Origin: Gekko japonicus | Lineage: Eukaryota | Assembly (NCBI RefSeq): GCF_001447785.1 | Contig: NW_015177022.1 | Location: 505,982 to 569,981, forward strand | Reading direction: 5' to 3' | DNA: 64,000 nt | Shown: positions 36,998 to 48,003 of the stretch, in pieces | Layout: each line of letters starts with the position of its first letter | Numbering within the stretch: position 1 is the first letter of the stretch | Notes under the pieces: model-generated | Database searches by the model: none | Told to the model about the DNA's origin: nothing | Seen by the model: only the letters and a program-made list of their open reading frames with translations | Translations under genes and position numbers: made by a program

Positions 36998-38600
36998 GAA
37001 ACTTCTTGAGGGTGAAGAGACAAGATTTAGTGCCTTCTCTGGAAGCATCACTGGGCCAATGTTTACACACAGGCAACCCTCTGTAACAATATCAAGTAGC
37101 AAAATACAGAAATCAAAAGTTGAAGCTCCAAAACTAAAGGTCCAACACAAGTTTGTAGAAGAAATAATTGAGGAGACAAAAGTAGAGGATGAGAAATCTG
37201 AACTGGATGAAGCCTTGGCGGCTATGGCTGAAGAACTGGCTGCCGGAGCACCACAAGAAGAGGAGGAAGAGGCAGAGGAGGGAGAAGCTGTGGAAGAAGA
37301 AATAGTAGCCGAGGCTAAAGCTGAGGTTGAAGCAGCTGCCCCAGAAGCAGAGGAAGAAGGAGAAGAGGAGGGTGGTGAGGAAGAAGAGGATGCAAAATCT
37401 GATGAAGCGGAAGAAGGAGGATCTGAAAAAGAAGAGGAAAAGAGTGAAAAGGATGAGGGTGAGGAAGAAGGAGAAGAGGAGGCAGGTGAGGGAGAAGCAC
37501 AGGAAGCTGAAGAGGAGACCAAGGAAGAACAGGAGTCAGAAGAGAAGGCTGAAGCTGAAGGTGTAGTGGAGGAAGCCATTGCACCTGTGAAGGTAGAAAA
37601 GGTGAAAACATCTCCACCAAAATCTCCACCAAAGTCTCCTGCAGCAGAAGAGGCAGAGGAGAAGAAAGAAGCTGAAGGCGAAAGTGAAGACCAGAAGGAG
37701 GATGAGCAGGGAGCTGGAGAGGAGGAAGCTGAAGAAGAGGAGAAGGCAGGGTCTCCAGCAAAGGCAGGTTCACCTGAGAAAGGAGATTCACCAGAAAAAG
37801 CTGGTACCCCAGAAAAGGGTTCTCCAGAGAAGGCTGGGACTCCAGAGAAGGCATCTCCAGAGAAGGCTGGGACTCCAGAGAAGGCATCTCCAGAGAAGGC
37901 TGGGACTCCAGAAAAAGGGTCTCCAGAGAAGGCTGGGACTCCAGAAAAAGGATCTCCAGAAAAGGCAGATACTCCAGAGAAAGCAGGTACACCAGAAAAA
38001 GGAGCATCGCCAGAGAAAGCTGGGACTCCAGAGAAGGCAGGTACACCAGATAAAGCAGCATCCCCAGAGAAAGCTGGGACTCCAGAGAAGGCCAGTACAC
38101 CAGATAAAGCAGCATCTCCAGAGAAAGTAGGATCCCCAGTGAAAGAAGAGGCTATCCCAGCTTCCAAGGCAGCAAAAGTTGGTACCGAGAAAGAACACAA
38201 AGAAGAGAAGAAAGAAAAAAGTGAGAAGGCATCAAAGGAATCCACAAAAGAAGACATAGCTATAAATGGAGAGGTGGATGAGAAAGAAGAGGATGAAGGC
38301 TCCAAGGCCAAGCAAGTGGAGGAGGAAGACAAAGGTGTTTTCACCAATGGCCTGGATGTTAGCCCATCTGAAGAGGAGAAGAAGGGGAAGAGTGAAGAGA
38401 AAGTTGTGGTAACCAAAAAAGTAGAGAAAATCACTAGTGAAGGGGATGATGGGACAACCACGTACATCACCAAGTCAGTGACTGTCACCCAGAAGGTGGA
38501 AGAGCATGAAGAAACGGTTGCTGAGAAATTGGTGTCCACCAAGAAAGTAGAGAAGGTCACTTCACATGCTGTAGTGAAAGAAGTTAAAGAGAGTGACTAG
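36998..38600 (+). CDS. NEFM: NEFM exon 3 (rod end and acidic tail with S/T-P repeats)
   Basis: Pyrimidine tract plus TAG|G AAA CTT CTT GAG completes [12 protein letters not shown]; [22 protein letters not shown]; C-terminal [16 protein letters not shown]; TAG at 38598-38600; spliced CDS 2805 nt = 934 aa. Confidence 0.98.
37743..38144 (+). repeat. NEFM: Coding tandem repeat in NF-M tail ([11 protein letters not shown] units)
   Basis: Near-perfect 33-bp higher-order unit CCAGAGAAGGCTGGGACTCCAGAGAAGGCATCT; 23 S/T-P-x-K motifs. Confidence 0.95.
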
Positions 38601-39157
38601 GATAACCAATTTTTTTCCCTTCAAAAGAGCTTGGGTCGGTGCAAAAGGTTAAGCCATATGACAGCCGCAAAATGCATGAAAGTGACAGCTTCAAAGCAGA
38701 AAGGGTTCTCTCGTGAAGTCTCCAGAAACACTCTATTTTATTTTTGATTTATTTTTGTGCAATACCCAGGGTTTGGGGGGGAGGAATGCATGCAAGCCCA
38801 AGATGCACTCCCTCTGCAGAACTTGGGGAATTAAAAAAAATGCATGAGCTGTTATCTTTACAGACGAAGTTGCTGAATTTCCTAAGCTGCTGATGGGACG
38901 TTTCTGAGGAATGTCTTAAGATGTATTATGCAAAGAACCAACTGAGCCAAATACAAATAAACAATAATAAGAGAATGAATGAAAAAAAACCAACAACAAC
39001 CACCCAGAATTCTCCTAGCCTTAAGCTACTTAATAATTATGTTTACCTCACTGGTGCAATTAAGATGGACTTTTTGTTCATGGGAGAACCTACCTTGACA
39101 CGCACAGTATGCAACCTTTTGTTGTTCGATGTAAAGCAGTCACAGCAGTTCGTGCTC

Positions 39158-39163
39158 AATAAA
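39158..39163 (+). terminator. NEFM polyadenylation signal
   Basis: AATAAA about 560 nt after the stop, followed by GT-rich sequence (TGTGTGTCTGG..TTGTTG); another AATAAA at 38956-38961. Confidence 0.8.
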
Positions 39164-40352
39164 GGTCATATTGGAAATGTGTGTCTGGCCTTGTTGGGAT
39201 TTCTCTTCTAGCTCCAAGGTGTTCTATATATTATTCTACCTTTGAAGTGGGCTAGCAAAATGCTAGCAGGAAGGTGTATGTGGCTGCCCGGGCAATTGTT
39301 GCTCACTTCTAGAGAGTCTATTTCATTTTTAACCCCTTGAGTCCCCAGTCCTCCTGGAAGTCTTTGTCCCTTTCCATAGTGTTAGTTGTGAGGCATGCAA
39401 ATAGGTCAGACAGGAAGGTGGAGATTGTCCTAATGGTTGCTCATGTCACATGTGTAGTGATGGTTTCCTAAAGTAGTAGTATTCCCTGGGAGGAAATATT
39501 TGGGTGAAGCCTCCTAAGTGTTCATTAATAAAGTATCTGAACTAGTGATAAGGACTTGAGTATGGAGTTTAGTATTAGAGGGAACAAGCTGGGGACTCAT
39601 GAAGAGACAATGGAAAGGAGAAACAATTTGGAAATCTTACCCCTCATCATCATCTTCCCTTTGGTCTTTTGTAAACTCTCAATAAGATAATTCTCCTGTT
39701 TCCTGTTGTTTCTTCCTCTAATGAGCTGCCCTCAACATTCTGTGCCTCCTAAAGAAAACACTCTCCCATCAAGCCAATTTTTAGTATTTTTCCCCTCTGG
39801 TTAATTTATTAAACATCTTTCCCCACATACTTGGGAAATCATCTGAATATGTAAAAAATAATATCTAAATTGCTTGGCTTTGCTCCTTTTGCTCCTTTCA
39901 TGAATGTGATCCATGTTACTATTCCTTGAAGAAATAACCAAAAAGTGTGTCTTGTGAGGTCTACTCATTAAGTTATCACTTGATGTTGCAGTCATTAACT
40001 GACATTCATGCATATGTGAAGCAGCCCGGGATACTTCAAGTAAGATGAAATATATGGAACATAATATACAGCTTTTCACACAACTTCCAAGAATGGCTAA
40101 TACTGATTTCTACATTTCAGTGGTGACTTGAGTGTACTTGATTTATGTTGATATTTTCTAAGAAGAGTCCGTGTTATGGTTGGTTTTACAACAGGACTCC
40201 ATCTAGTAAAGCTGGGAGAAAGGTTGGCTGGCTGGCACATGCCCTGTATGTAGTAAATAACTTGGCATTTGAATCCTAAACCTGTGTGTATGAAAATAGG
40301 CCTCACTGGTTGACTTTCAAGTAAGTGCACTTAGCATTACAGGCTTGGATGG

Positions 40353-40974
40353 TGTCACAACCCTGGGGTGTACCCCCAAAGGTTTATTTGTTTAGGTTAG
40401 CTTGGTGATAAGAAAACTTAGGTAATCTTCAAAAAAATCAATCTTCTTTGGTAGTGTGATTTTAAGCACTGGACTTAACCATAAACCTGGGTTGTGGGCC
40501 AGTAACTCATTCCAGTTAGTTAAAACAGAATCAAAAATGTATTTGCAAAAATATAATACATATAAAAACATACAAGAAAGGGTGTGTATACTGAAACAAA
40601 GACAAACATAACAAACCTAACTTTCTAACAACTAACACTGACCCTGTGCAGCAGTCTTCCCAGCAGCACTGATGCAGAAGCAGAAATTACTGAAGAGAGT
40701 GACAGCCCTCCAGGCTCACAAGTCCTTTGTGCAAAAGGCACTTCCCCCATCATCTCTGACATCCCCTCCTGTCTTCTCTCTCTGTGGTTCCTGACTCCTG
40801 ATTCTATCCTAACTCAGCTGTCAAACTTGTGATTGACTGACCAATTACAGACCTCAGTCAATTGGTCTAGATCCTGAACTGTCAAGATGATAAGATGTCA
40901 GTTGTTTTGATAGTTCACAGCTGGCCACTATCAAGCTGACTGCTAACTAACTACAGGTGCTCCTTAGTTTGACA
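40353..40974. mobile_element. Possible solo LTR
   Basis: TGTCA...TGACA termini and LTR-like length; no convincing TSD. Confidence 0.4.
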
Positions 40975-42717
40975 CCTTGTAGCTTGGAAACTATCCAGAG
41001 AGAATTTAGGGCTTAACAATTCCAAAGAAAATGCAAAGGCTTAGATCCTGAGGACCCACTTTTGTGACAGATGGCTCCTAATGTTGCTCTTACTATTGTC
41101 GGAGAGGGTAGTGTAGACGTGTACTCCTGGTTTTAAATGTTGGTACTTTGAGGGATGCTATGGTGGCTATTCTTCCAAAGAATTCTAGTGGGTATCAGAT
41201 TTCTAGGGAATATTTTAAATTACACATTCCATTCAAACAGGTATTTCAATTAAGCCTGGAAGTTAACCTTGAACACATCACATGCTTCTCTGGGTGCACA
41301 ATACAGGGGGAGATTAATAGTGGTGGACAAGTTGTCCTATATGAAAAGATGTCCCCTCCCCTCATTACTGATCTCCTGGAGGATTCCCTAATACATTTTT
41401 GAGGAGCACCAGAGTTCTGCAGGAAATATTGTGAAAAAATTTAATAGAATTTAGCAATCTTCTTTGCCATTTTCTGATATTCTCCTTTACTATCCTAAAC
41501 ACAGTCATGAAAGGTCAGAGAATTGTAGAAAAACAGCAATGCCAGGTGAAAGCTAGAATTGTTTAATACATTAAAGAAGTCCTGGCTAAAGTGATGCCAT
41601 ATCAGCTATGCAAGTTTCAGGCATAATCCACAGAGATGTTCCCTGCACATGTCCCATTTGGGAGCTGTGTATGATCAGGACCATTTGCAGGAGAACTCAG
41701 CAGCAGATTGTCCCCACTGTGTATATTGCATTCTTGAGATAGGCAATTGGCAGTCCCAGGGGCTTAAACTAGGTACCAGACTCTGCCTATTGAAATGAAC
41801 AGAAGTAATTGATCACCCATATTAACACTTTGTGGTACTCTGCTCTTAGGACAAAGAAGTGACAGGCCTCAATGTCTTCTCTGGGCTCTAGCAGAGCTCC
41901 TGAGCACAAGAAAACTCCCCTTATTATGCACCTCTGATTGTACCTCCCACACAATACACAGTTGTTTAATCCCCTTTGCCCCAGCAGGAACATTAACAGA
42001 TACTTTGGCAGATCCCTGCCCTTTATTAAGCATTTCAGCTGCTCCTTCCAAGGCATGACAGATGATGATGATGATAGTCAGAGGATTTATCCTCTGGTTA
42101 ACATCTGAACTGAACAGTGCTGCTGTCAGTTCTAGCCCATGCTGGTGTGAGCTACCAGCCTTGTCCCCAGCTCACTGTCCACCCAGCGGTTCGAAAGCTT
42201 CAGTGAGTAGATAAAATGGGTACCACTCCATAGAGAGGGTGGGCACACTAAACCCCCGTGGGGGAGGTGTTAGCCAGCGAACGGAAGGTCCAGCTCGGAA
42301 GCCTGGGAAAAAGACCTCTTCGGCATTAAGAAGCCTGTGATGAGCCAATCCGGCCAGGTGGTGGCAGTGCGGCACTATGACTCAAAAAGCAGCCCTGGAA
42401 GAACTGACGTCATCTAGCCACGCCGAAAAAGTGAATGCCGTCCGGAACACGCCTGAAGCTTACAGCTGAACAAAATCCCCGTCGGCTGCAAAAAGTGTGC
42501 GATTTAAAGAATTATATATGTTGTCCTCCCTTACCCTATGAAACATTGTTAGTCCCTTGTGAAAACTTGTGTAACTGTAAATCACAAAAAGATGTTACAA
42601 AAAGATCTCTGCAAAGCCTCCATTACTGCTTAAATGGGGGGAGGGAGCCCTTTGCTTTTGTGTGAGTTCATTGAAGAGTAACTAGGAAATTAAGATAATA
42701 GCGCTGCCCCATATGCT

Positions 42718-42935
42718 TGTGGTGACGGAAAGTGCTGTCAAGTCACGGCTGCCTTATGGCGACCCCGTAGGGTTTTCAAGGCAAGAGACATTCAGAGGTG
42801 GTTTCCCATTGCCTGGTTCCATGTCACAACCCTGGTATTCCATGGAGGTCTCCCATCCAAATACCAGCCAGGGCTCACCTTGCTTAGCTTCCCAGATCTG
42901 ATGAGATCCAGCTAGCTTGGGCTATCCAGATCAGC
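42718..42935 (-). mobile_element. 5S-derived SINE
   Basis: Antisense 5S core and RTE-like tail GGCGACCCCGTAGGGTTTTCAAGGCAAGAGA. Confidence 0.8.
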
Positions 42936-43559
42936 TCCCCTGCAGTTTTGCTCATTTCAAACTGAGGCTCCTGCAAAAAATGTATTCATGACCAAGGCTC
43001 TACTGCAAGCCCTGCACAAAAATGCTGACCATCAGCATGAGGGATTTGAGCAGGGTTTAGGCTTGCTCCCACTATTCTCTTCCCAGCACTCTTCAACTCC
43101 CCCTTTGCCCAGCTCACTGCAATGGGGTCTCTCCAGCCTTCTCTTTTTAAAAATTGCCACCAGTCAAGAATACAGACTGTGTGACCCGGCTGCCTAACCT
43201 AACCAGCCACAGGCCCGCCAGGCCCGGGTAATCATCTTCCAGCTTCTTTCTTCTCAACGCAGATTTTCAATTGCATTTTCCCTATTCCTTTTTAACTGTA
43301 CCATTTGTTACTTAACAGTTTGCAAGACCTGAGCAAGGCTGTGGAAGCTAGGACATTTTGAAGATCATGAATTCAAAGGGCCAGAAACAACTTGACGGCA
43401 CATAACACATTGAACTGGAGCCCTGAGTTTGTCCCACCAGAGTCCCTCAGGGAGTCAATGTTTAGCCTGGCATTGATTTTTGTCATCGTAAGCCTGCAGT
43501 TTTGCTGGATTCAAAATGAGCCTGTCTTCATAATTCTATAGAAGAGACTATAGAAGAGA

Positions 43560-44125
43560 ACAAATGGCATCAGTTACAGATGGTTAATTCCAGAAGGCAT
43601 CATTTTCAAGTTCCACGATAAAAAAGAAAAGATTGACTCTGTTCCTAAAGCACGTGAGTTTCTGCGAACACAGCTGGGGGAACCAGCTGAGGACAAGGAG
43701 GAGGAAGAAGAAAGCAAATCAGATGGCGAGTGAGGCTCGGTGTCTTCTGATGAGGACTCTCTTTCTGAAAAGGGGGTGGCTGCCCCCAAAAGTCTATATA
43801 AATTGAGGATAAGAAAACACAAGAGAAAATAGAGGCTGAAGGATTCTGAATTGTGCCTGAAAACTCTGTAATAATTTTGGGATGCTTTGAGGGTTTCATG
43901 AAACAGATAAATGGATGGTTAAAAGATAAATAACCTAGCATAACTGACTATGTTCAATGTATTACTAGCATTTTAGACTAACATTGAGATAAGCTGATGT
44001 ATTGATCTCCCATTCTTGGGGTTTTAGTTATTAGTTGGTTTCTTTCCTTTCTCCTTAGATGTAGTTTCCCTTCCTATATTTTCAGTTATAGTTTGTAGTC
44101 CTGTGAAAAAACCAATTAAAAACTC
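43560..44125 (+). mobile_element. Internally deleted L1 fragment (ORF1 C-terminus joined to 3' end)
   Basis: NGISYRWLIPEGIIFKFHDKKEKIDSVPKAREFL matches the L1 ORF1 CTD pattern; followed by T-rich UTR and A-rich end. Confidence 0.6.
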
Positions 44126-44979
44126 CCCTTAGGGGGATTCAAAAAGAAAAAGGGAAACACTCCAAACATACAGTAACACGAATAGCAGTGTTCAGGGAGG
44201 GAATGTGGCATAGCAGCTACTTAGCCTGAAGGACGGTACAGTTACTTCCTAACTGTAAGAGTGGTTTATTTATTTATTTACAGGTGATTTATATACCGCC
44301 CTTAACCCCTAGCGGGTCTCAGGGCGGTTTACAATGTGCTACTGAATAGTAGCTAATACCTATCTAGGGCCACATATGGTGCGGGGGGGGGGACAACCTA
44401 CCAGCACCCCTAATACGGCACGGTGTTCCTTCGGCAGCTTTTTCTTGGTGTGAGTTGTTGCTGTTGATGTTGTCCTGCGACCCGGCTGCTATCGGCTGGA
44501 TGAGCTGGCTGTTATTCTTTTTGGAACGGCGTATCTCTCCTCGGGCGCAGCCTCGGCAATGTCCAGCGGCTCCTGCCGCGCTGCGTCCCGCGTTCTGACG
44601 TCGCTCCAACTCTACGACCAACTCCGCCCTCGGCTCCGCCTTCACCACTGCTCGAGCCAGTCACCGCCGTTCTGGTCGCCTTTCGCCGTTTCTCTGCCAC
44701 CGCCATTTCTTTTCCTCGCTTGCTGCCGCCGACTCGATCTTCTCCTTCACTTTTCTTTACTGCCGATCACCAGCACAAGGCTGGGAAGGGAGGGGGGTGC
44801 CCCCTGCCATCTAAGGCAGGTACCCATTCCTCTGATGTTAACAGAGCCGCTGGGTTGGCGGGAGCTGGGACGGGGGACAGGGGCTCAACCCGGCCGCGGT
44901 GGGGAATCGAACAGCCTTCCGGCTGTTCGTCCAGATGTTAACAGCAGGCGTTGTAATGCCTGCGCCACCGCTCCCATAT

Positions 44980-45165
44980 AGTGGAACAGACTGCCTCGGG
45001 AGGTGGTGGATGCTCCTTTGCTGGATGTTTTTTAGCGGAGGCAGGACGACCATCTTTTGGGTATGTTGTAGGGCTATCTTTCGGCTATGCTCCTGCAGAG
45101 TGCAGGGGGTTGGACTAGATGACCTTCAAGATCCCTTCCAACTGTAACATTCTATGATTCTATGA
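44980..45165 (+). mobile_element. CR1 3' end
   Basis: WNRLPREVVDAP ORF end; GGGGGTTGGACTAGATGACCTTCAAGATCCCTTCCAAC and (ATTCTATG)n tail. Confidence 0.85.
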
Positions 45166-45641
45166 GGAAGAGGCAGACTGACGAGGCCTTTGGTGGCACA
45201 AGGAGGGCAAGGCATCTGGGCCAACAGGCAGCAGCAGGAGGAGCTTGAGGTCGATTTGCTTGGGCAAGGAATAAGGTTGGAGAACAGCAGGCAGGCAGGG
45301 AAGCGCAGGCTGCAAAGCAAAATTTGCCACCAAAAGCAAGACTGCAATAAGGAGAGAGAGAGAGAACAAAACACAAGAAAATCTTGGGGTGCTTTTTTGT
45401 GTTCAGATGGGCGATTTGTTTCATTTTTATTTTAATTATGATAATTATGAAACCCTTCCTTTTCATAATTATCATAATTAATAATGAAATTAGTGAGAAG
45501 GAACCCCCTACACAAGCTTAATAGGTCTTCTGTGCATTTGGTTATAAAGGCCACATTATGAGAAAAAGTGAGGGTCAGTCCTTCATTGTTTCTTCTCTGC
45601 ATACTCAATGCCTGTCTATAGTCATTCGTAATACAAGGGAG

Positions 45642-46098
45642 CAGGGGTCGTTTGGTAGAAAAAGAGCTAGGGGAACTCATTGGCATAACTCATTAGCATA
45701 TGCCACACCCCCTGACATCACCGGAAGTGTGTCATAAGGCCACACCCCCTGACATCACCGGAAGTGTGTCATAAGGCCACACACCTCGCCCCCAACAGTC
45801 CCGGCCGCCTTGCAGCTCCACTGCCGAGCCCCATGAGGGGCCCGGCGGTGGACCTGCAAAGCCGGCGGGAGTGCAAGGAAGCCCCGCGAAGGCCCTCCCT
45901 GGCCCCAGGCAGGCAGGGGTGGGGAGAGGCAGGGAGGAAGCAACTTACCCTCCCTCTTCTCCTGCCTCCTCCTGGCTGAATGAGGGCCGGAAGCGGGGCG
46001 GCCAGAAGCAGGGGGCGAGGCTTCGTCATGTGCCCTGCCCCCCGTACCTCACCCGGGGGAACTGCGATCCCCCGTGATCCCCCCCTAAATGACCTCTG
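45642..46098. mobile_element. Non-autonomous hAT element
   Basis: TIR CAGGGGTCGTTT / AAATGACCTCTG; perfect 8-bp TSD CAAGGGAG; internal 37-bp tandem repeat 45702-45775. Confidence 0.85.
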
Positions 46099-46299
46099 CA
46101 AGGGAGTATTCACCTATTGTAGGCCGCTCCTATACTACTTCAGTAATAAAAAAGATGTCCAGAGGATTGGAATGTGGCCCCCAATAATAATAAAACACCC
46201 TGCAAAAGCACAAAAACACCCTAAAATCATTAAAAACAACAATTGTAATGCATAAAAATGAGTGTCAGCTTAAACCCATCATTCACAGTTCATCCAGAA

Positions 46300-46540
46300 T
46301 AGGGCTGCCAACCTCCAGGAGGGGTAGTGGAGATCTCCTGGAGTTACAATGGATCTTCATAAATAGCATATTTATTTACTGAAACCATTTATTCCACTTC
46401 TCCTGGAGAAAATGGTTGGTTTGGAAGGTGGACTGCATGGCAATGTGCCCCCTGAGGCCCCGCCCCTCCCTAAACCCCCACTCCCCCAAGCTCCACCCTC
46501 AACCATCCAGGTGTTTCTGAACCCAGGGCTGGCGCTCCTG
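46300..46540 (+). mobile_element. hAT-like MITE (TAGGGTTGCCA family)
   Basis: TAGGGCTGCCAACCTCCAGG..CCTGGAGAAAATGG..GGAAGGTGGAC body. Confidence 0.7.
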
Positions 46541-47441
46541 TTCCAGGATAAAACTGTTTCCAATTTCCTTCAAGGCACTGAGGGTCCAGGAGGTTCAATA
46601 ACGAAGGAAAAGCCTTTCCCCTGAGTCCCAACCACAAAAGGCCAGGACAGTCTGCCTGTGATCCCATTAAATCTTCCCTTTTTCTTTATTGGCTCAATGT
46701 TTTCCCATCTTCTCTCTCTTGGTTATTTGCATCTTCTCTCTACAAGATGGTGAATTATAGAACAACCAGATTTCAGGCTGTTCCCCAACAGAAGCCTACT
46801 GGCGGAAGCAACAGAACACAACATAGACTTGCAAATATTTATAATCGGGGAAATTTAGTCCAAATGAATATTTCATTGTGCCGTGAGGTTTCATCGGCTA
46901 TCATCTATATCATACACAGAACGGAAGAACCCTCTGATCGCATAACCATATAAATATAATTTCGTATGCCCAGCCTAGACTGGCTCTGGGTTTTTTTACT
47001 CAACAGTGTGAAGTCTGGAGGGAGCAATTAATTTCACACCCTCCAGAACATCATTAAAACTTTACAAAGGCCCGAGTAGATAACATTTAGGGAGGAGGGA
47101 GGATATGCAGTTATGAGTGGGAGAAAGGCCAGTGCATCTAATTTTAAAGCGGAGGGTCTGGGGGGGAACAGGATTACTACAAAGCCAGTCCTGACACGTT
47201 ATGAGCAAAAACTGATGCTTCAGAGAGCACTAATTCCCACAGAACCAAAAAGCATAAAGACATTTTTCTACATTGTCTAAAAATAGACATGCTGTGAGCG
47301 AAAAATATTGTTTCTTAAAGTCACCTTGGCCAAAATAATAATAAATAGAATTTATGCAGGCATGCTATGACATAATGTTTATTACAGCCCTGTAAGGTAG
47401 GCCTATAGGATAATTCTCACATTGGAGATAGGAGGCTGAGG

Positions 47442-47647
47442 TAGAGTTGCCGTCCTCCAGGTGGGTCCTGGAGATTCCCTGGAATTACAACTCATTTCCA
47501 GACTACAGTGATCAGTTCCCTTGGAGAAAATGGCTGCTTTGGAGGGTGGACGATATGTTATGATACCCCACTGAGGCCAAACCCCACCCTCCCTAGGATC
47601 CACTCCCAAATCTCCAGGAATCTGCCAACCCATAATTGGCAACCCTA
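47442..47647 (+). mobile_element. hAT MITE (Blackjack-type TIR) inserted in a MIR-like SINE
   Basis: TAGAGTTGCC...TGGCAACCCTA with perfect 8-bp TSD GGCTGAGG (47434-47441, 47648-47655). Confidence 0.85.
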
Positions 47648-47819
47648 GGCTGAGGATGGCTTGCCCAAGGCCACTTTGTGAGTTCATTGCAGAATGAACC
47701 AAGAAACTCCTGGGTCAAGCCCATTGGTTGGGCTACCTCCTGAAAGCTCATGGGATGAGGGGCCTGCCCATAAAAACCACAATACTACCCACAAGAGGGC
47801 AATGGGGCCTTGGCCCCTG

Positions 47820-48003
47820 AACACACAGAAGCTGCCATACACTGAATCAGCCCATTGTGGTCATTACTGTCTCCTCAGACTGGCTATCCAGGGACTCAGG
47901 TAGAGTTTATTCACATCACCTATTCCCTGATCCTTTTAACTGGGGATTGAAGCTGGGACCTTCTGCATGCGAAGCAAACAGTCTTACACTGAGTCACAGC
48001 CCC
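47820..48003 (-). mobile_element. tRNA-derived SINE (same family as 9418 and 62562)
   Basis: Antisense head GGGGCTGTGACTCAGTG..GCATGCAGAAGGTCCCAG.TTCAATCCCC; tail ..GGCAGCTTCTGTGTGTT. Confidence 0.7.

Noticed and set aside
36986-38560. 524-aa antisense Ser/Phe-rich ORF
   Set aside because: Mirror of the purine-rich Glu/Lys NF-M tail
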